A stretch of 5,053 bases of DNA, from NCBI RefSeq assembly GCF_000150275.1, contig NW_002061339.1, forward strand, positions 1 through 5,053. Direction: 5' to 3'. Source of the DNA: Trichoplax adhaerens. Taxonomy: Eukaryota > Animalia > Placozoa. Within the stretch, counting starts at the first letter, position 1. Each line of letters opens with the position of its first letter. Position numbers and translations under genes: made by a program. Shown here in pieces: positions 1 to 5,053 of the stretch. The notes under the pieces are model-generated. The model saw only the letters and a list, made by a program, of their open reading frames with translations. It had not been told where the DNA came from and did not search any database.

Positions 1-1984
1 TATAAAAATATTCTATAGCTAATTTAGGGACTAGATTTATGAATTATCAGAATCTGCCACGATTAATTAATCAGTACAGTATTTGATTAACTAGTTTTAT
101 ATAAAGTTGTACACGAATTTTAGACATGCTCTGACTATTTATTAAAACAGCTAAGACCTGTTCATTATTCTATAGTCTAATTAAATAGTATAGAAAACAT
201 AACCATCGATGGATTATTAAAATAGGTATAATATATTTGATACGGGTATTTCAGCTTGTTCTTACAGATATCAAATTATTTGAAAGTACATATTGGTGCA
301 TTTTTATGGCCTGACAGTGATATCAATATAAATATGAGCCTTGGCTATCACTGATCTATCCCACCGATTTATCTATGAATGTAAGAGTATCGCTAGTAAA
401 ATAATTATGTTATCATTTACGAACAGAATTTTTCCCATGAACTGTATGGAAAAGAAATCTTTCATAAGTAAATTGTTGCCGCTCAGATACCTAAAAAATT
501 GAAATGGTTAATCAATTTATTAAATAATTATATCCAGAAATACTGAGAAAGTAATAAGACAATAAACTTGCAATGTGTCCAATAAAGGCGACATCGAAAA
601 AGCGCTAGTAGCTATATAGGATATTTTATTCATTTGAAGGGATCTATAAAAAGTAGAATTGAAAATAAATCTAATTTAGAGGCGTTGTAAAACCTCTGAT
701 AACATTAGTTAATTTAAATGCAAAAGTAATAGACTGAATAATAGTTACTGAAGTATTAGGCTTACTAATTTCATATGGCACTCAAAGTTATAGTAACTAC
801 GTTATGAAGTTCCTTCAAGAATTATGATTAAGCTACCCTTCTTGATATCTATCTACAATACGGCTCCAAATGCTGACGATCTCCTATCATTCGGATATGA
901 AAGTAAATCACTAGTCTTCTTTAAACGAAATTTAACTAAATCTCATTGAAAAATTGGTCAAATTTATATTACCTCTATATTAATAACATTAGTTATATTT
1001 GCAGGGCATGAATACTGCTATTAAACGATTTAGTTATCTAAAAGACTATGTAAAGTTTTACAGACAAAGCGCAATCGAGAGAATTTCTCGATAGTATAAG
1101 TTATTGTAGGTAAATATGTTACGGTTCCTATGTAATATAGTTACTTTGTGGCAGTAGCAAATGGCCTTTGTAGAAAACTAGCAAGGTGTAGATTGTGCTG
1201 TTTATACCTTTAATTGTATGTACAGTTATCAGTTAAAGGAAACAACAAATTCTAGAATGATCCAAAAATGTCTATTAGCATGCCCTGAAGCAGCATGTAA
1301 AGAATTTATTTTTCCAGTTTAGAAGACGCTATAATCATAGTACTTACAATTTCTTTAAATTAGATAGGCCCAAGAATGTTTCGTTATTGATCATTTCTAA
1401 CTCATTGTTATCAAGATTTCTATAATAATTTTTAGGATGAGAAACAAATTAAAATGAAAGATATACTTGAAATAATAGGAACTATAAACCAATAATGACA
1501 TAAACTGCCTTGATGAAGTATATATTAAGTTATTTTTGCTTGACCATTTTAGCTAATTATCGTGATATGTCTAGCAATTTACACAAGTAGTTTCAGTATA
1601 GTTTGTGATCTAACTTAAAATATGTTAGAATAACCCTCTAAATATGTTTATTTAGTACATGTATGTATATGAAATAATTCAAGCTCTAGTTTATGCACCG
1701 TTAGGCAAACAGATATTATTTGCCTACTCGAGGCGAAGAAACTAGGTTATCAAATGTCTAAAACAATGACTAAAATTATATGCAAATATGATTTGTTTTT
1801 AAAATCATCAATGTATGACTCAGTAATCTAAGTTGATAAAATGGAGCTCCAGCATCTAATAATAAGATTTTAGAATTGCAATGTATTCTTCAAATTAAAC
1901 GTAAAGGATACATTTACTAAATAAATAAACCTTCATTTGTTGCAATAAATAAGAGATCTTGCTATATAGAATTTTAAGATATAG

Positions 1985-2010
1985 TATATGTATAATATAT
2001 ATACATATAT
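1985..2010. repeat. Low-complexity TA-rich tract with 10-bp inverted repeat
   Basis: TATATGTATA (1985-1994), a 5-nt ATATA spacer, then TATACATATA (2000-2009). The tract is almost entirely alternating purine/pyrimidine, and its self-complementarity largely follows from the (TA)n composition. Confidence 0.35.
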
Positions 2011-2893
2011 CTGTACCGTAATTAAATTATATCGAACTGGAAAGTAAAATCATTTATGGAAAGCTTACAAGTTTGTTAATAGATTCAAGTTTTTGAATAA
2101 ACTTGCTTTAATCTTTTTGAGACCGCAACCGGCAATGTTTCTAAAATTGTATAACGAATTTTAGCCAAAGGTTATCCAATATTAAAGTTAATTTAAAACT
2201 TAAGAATAAATTTCATTACTTCATATGGTCCATTAAAATAATGAGAACAACAGCTAGGTATCATATGTAAGTAATAATAATTTATTATACTTGTTGTATA
2301 TCTCCAATTTAACAAATTTATTAGGAACGATTTCTTACGTAGTTTTTACTGGTAAACTGATCAGTGATACAATATTACTTTGATTCCTAGACTGGTTGCA
2401 TGCCAGTAAGACAGAGTACATGCGCTAACTTATTAATTACTGAAGTTAATAATTTAATCGGTGCTCGTTCTATTATTTAATGTGTGTTATATTATGTAAT
2501 TGATCGTAGCATTATTGACAGACTGTAGTTGCAGATATGATTGTCACAAAACAGCTTTGCAACAAGATAACACAATATACGATCAATAAGTCAATTCCTT
2601 GAACCACGTATCAAGGAACGATATCTGCACTATCACAAACACTTTTGCTCTACTAGCAGACTACACAAAGACTTAAACGCCTCATATTTTACGTTAAACA
2701 CTAAGTTGGACAATTCTTCTTTATTTCACGATATACTGCATTTATATACTCTTCCTCAATAGTTCATGAGCCATAGTTAATACAATTAACATTAGAATCA
2801 TTTACTGAGTTAGATATTAATTTTAGCTAATGCTCCCTTAATGCAGACAACAGTATTTACAAACATAGACATGTAATGACTAATACAGAATAG

Positions 2894-3085
2894 TCAGATT
2901 ACGATATGTCCTATCACGGAATATTTCCATGATAATTTACAGTCTACCATAAGTAAATTACAATCACAATGATTCGAACTGTAAGCAGATGATTTGCATT
3001 CCCTATTATAACTATTAATTTCAGTATGTGCATAAGTGTCACTGTCATAAAAAGTCAGTGCTATATTAAAATACAGTATACCCAA
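2894..3085 (-). CDS. Short 63-aa ORF, hypothetical and probably spurious
   Basis: From the supplied ORF track. The start codon is TTG (plus-strand caa at 3083-3085) and the stop is TGA. The upstream minus-strand sequence (tatccttatttagttaacttttaat) has no Shine-Dalgarno-like motif. I recognise no domain in the protein. One ORF of about 60 codons in six frames of 5 kb at ~30% GC is compatible with chance. Confidence 0.08.
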   Translation of the reverse strand: MGILYFNIALTFYDSDTYAHTEINSYNRECKSSAYSSNHCDCNLLMVDCKLSWKYSVIGHIVI

Positions 3086-3770
3086 ATTAAAAGTTAACTA
3101 AATAAGGATAGTCTAACAGAATTATCCTAACATAGTTATTTCTACTGTAATACAGTATTTAACACTGTAACAATGATATAGCAAATGAAGAGTCAATTTG
3201 ATAGTAAACTATGAACAGAAAAGACTAATATACCTGTCACAACCAAGATTACAATACAAAAATTATAGGTATTCTTTCCTCTCTAGTAGTCTTAATAATC
3301 TAAGCAACTAACGCTATGCACTCTTTAATCTACCAAACTTAAATTCGAGTCTTAGGCGATAGAAAACTTACGTGAAAAATCAAAACTTTATTTTATAAAC
3401 TATTTATTAAAATGACCGATTGAGCTCACAACTTACATTCTAATACTAACAACTGGTAACCATCTCTTATCGATTAACTTGTTAACTCCCTAAATTAAGA
3501 GCTTTGTGGCTTTTATATAGCCTCACAAACTTCGTTGGCGCATAGCAATAATAAATTTATAGCCAAATCTACATACTGAATTTAGCTAAAATTACAATAC
3601 ACTTTCTATGACATTTAATAGTAGTAAATTAAATTAATGGTTTGGTGTGAACATGTGATTTATTACTTAATAAAATTATATCATTGAAGACGCAAGAATT
3701 AATTAATTGTAACAATACCCTAGTATAGTACTGGGTTGTACTTGTAGTATACATTTTAGAAACTCACAGA

Positions 3771-3825
3771 AATTTCCAAACAGATGGAAAGTTTAACTTT
3801 GGTAAGAATTTTCCATCTGGAAATT
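3771..3825. repeat. Imperfect inverted repeat / potential stem-loop, function unknown
   Basis: Perfect 10-bp arms: CAGATGGAAA (3781-3790) and TTTCCATCTG (3810-3819). An outer 6-bp extension, AATTTC (3771-3776) / GAAATT (3820-3825), follows a 4-nt bulge (3777-3780). The repeat is directly visible, but biological meaning is unsupported. Confidence 0.4.
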
Positions 3826-5053
3826 ATTGTTCTCCGTATAGACATTATTTTTTACCATGCAAGTCAGTAAAGTCATTCTAAACTACTTACAAGGATCGTA
3901 GATGAGTTAGATTATGGAAAACATCGTAAGAAGCGTTTGAAAAGCCAGTATTTGTTATAACTCTGCAATCAAGAAGTCAGAAGAGTTAGGGTCAAATTAC
4001 GCTAACATAAATTACTACTAATATATTTTAAGAATAATATTTCTTACAATGATTCTAATTTGTACAAAGAATATAAAATCCAAGGCGAACTTTCATCAAC
4101 ATTGTTGTCAGTCATTGCGCTATTAATTATTAGAAATAAAAGCATTTAATTAAAGTGTCTTATAGATTTCGTCTACACACTTGTCACGGTACGAACCATC
4201 GTGAAGAGTAAATGACTGAATTTAGCGGTTAAGATTTATATATGGAGATAGCTAATAATAACTTACAGTAAGAACGACGGTAGTTATTATTTTGTTATAG
4301 TAAGTTATGCTGTACTGTAGTAAGAATTTCTATACGGTAGCTAATGTTAATTGATAAAAGTGTTATGTCTTGTATCGCTTTTGATGAAAATCCTAAAGAT
4401 ATTCAATCATAAAGGATACTATAAATAATTCTGTGTATGGACGTTTTGTAATCTAATTATCTAGAATCGTTCAGTACATGGCTAAAATTGTGAATAATTT
4501 CTGTATTAATTTAGCTATTCAACATAAACTAAATTTCATGAACTGTTATGACTCATACATGATAACAACTACTGAGGGGTATTTAAGCTCGGCAAATATT
4601 TGAATAAAAGAAGAGTTTTATAGTTGTTTAACGTAGAAGCAAAGGCGTCTAAATCCTTGTGAGATAGTTAAAGGATACTGAATCCCAGAGACTGCATTAA
4701 TTTAGAGATTTGTTTACGTTATCTTTATCACAGAGCCAGTTTGTGACAGCACCCTAAATCTATTACAAAAGTGTTTTGTAATTCTTTCAGCTCATCCTAG
4801 TAGTGCGGCAGGTGGCTAATAGAATGAAAAGGTGTACTTGTACTGTTTCTAGTATAAGATTGTATCTTATTAGGGAATTACTCAACTTTTGTTAACTCAA
4901 ATTTTGGGCTACGTAGGCGGACAAATAGTAATAGCATGAGACTACTACTCGGCCATGACATGTTTTCTATCTCGAATTTTGCAAGCAAAAGTAGAAACTT
5001 ACAGTGATCTTAGGTTTGATAAACCCATAAATGACATGGGTTGAATTTGTGAA

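Noticed and set aside
25-86. AGGGA followed by ATG at 39, giving a 15-codon frame (MNYQNLPRLINQYSI)
   Set aside because: A weak SD-like match with a tiny ORF is common by chance, and there is no downstream operon to suggest a leader peptide.
315-353. 8-bp inverted repeat CAGTGATA/TATCACTG, with the right arm also complementary to GATCAGTGATA near 2359-2369
   Set aside because: Matches of 8-11 bp are at chance level, and the enclosed 2 kb has no transposase or target-site duplication.
1074-1092. 7-bp palindrome ATCGAGA-N5-TCTCGAT
   Set aside because: Too short, expected by chance, and without supporting context.
1702-1726. 8-bp hairpin TAGGCAAA-N9-TTTGCCTA
   Set aside because: It has no U-tract, no upstream gene and is at chance level, so I did not call it a terminator.
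2595-2618. 8-bp inverted repeat TTCCTTGA-N8-TCAAGGAA, resembling an operator or recombinase site
   Set aside because: A few 8-bp inverted repeats with short spacers are expected by chance. The arms are too short for a lox/dif-type site and no regulated gene is adjacent.
2810-3085. Extension of the 63-aa ORF if TGA is read as Trp (code 4), giving 91 aa ending at TAA 2810-2812
   Set aside because: It is still short, has no RBS and no recognisable domain. Other spot-checked frames are closed by TAA and by mixtures of TAG and TGA, so I saw no consistent stop-codon reassignment (not tested exhaustively).
3784-3960. In-frame plus-strand segments MESLTLVRIF...HASQ* and SHSKLLTRIVDELDYGKHRKKRLKSQYLL* that could be a broken gene
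   Set aside because: Each is under 30 codons, they are separated and ended by TAA, and I recognise no family. A pseudogene call is unsupported without a homology search.
3576-4226. 12-bp direct repeat ACTGAATTTAGC (about 3576 and 4215)
   Set aside because: Several 12-bp matches are expected by chance at this length and composition. There are no terminal inverted repeats or transposase between the copies.
1902-4678. Three copies of TAAAGGATAC (about 1902, 4410 and 4669)
   Set aside because: Spacing is irregular and flanks are unrelated. A rough calculation gives about one triplicated 10-mer by chance in 5 kb at 70% AT. It is not a CRISPR or iteron array.
4851-5051. Reading the sequence backwards without complementing gives a 66-codon stop-free frame at the right end, suggesting a reversed-sequence artefact
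   Set aside because: Continuing the reversed read over 4620-4850, and the complement read around 2581-2700, hits stops in all frames. The run is best treated as chance.
1-5053. Many TATAAT-like and TTGACA-like hexamers
   Set aside because: Such hexamers are ubiquitous at 70% AT and no genes are present to anchor a promoter call.

Overview
AT-rich window (about 30% GC by hand count) with essentially no recognisable genetic content. The only ORF in the track is a 63-codon, TTG-started, minus-strand frame with no ribosome-binding site and no recognisable domain, which is the length chance produces at this composition. I found no rRNA, tRNA, CRISPR array, transposon end, tandem array or convincing intrinsic terminator. 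The direct and inverted repeats I found are mostly at chance level. Two things stand out modestly: G/C-skew domains of 0.5-0.9 kb that flip sign, and one ~20-bp imperfect hairpin at 3771-3825. The simplest readings are a locally shuffled or synthetic sequence, or deeply decayed/non-coding DNA. I found no evidence for a novel biological system and do not claim one.
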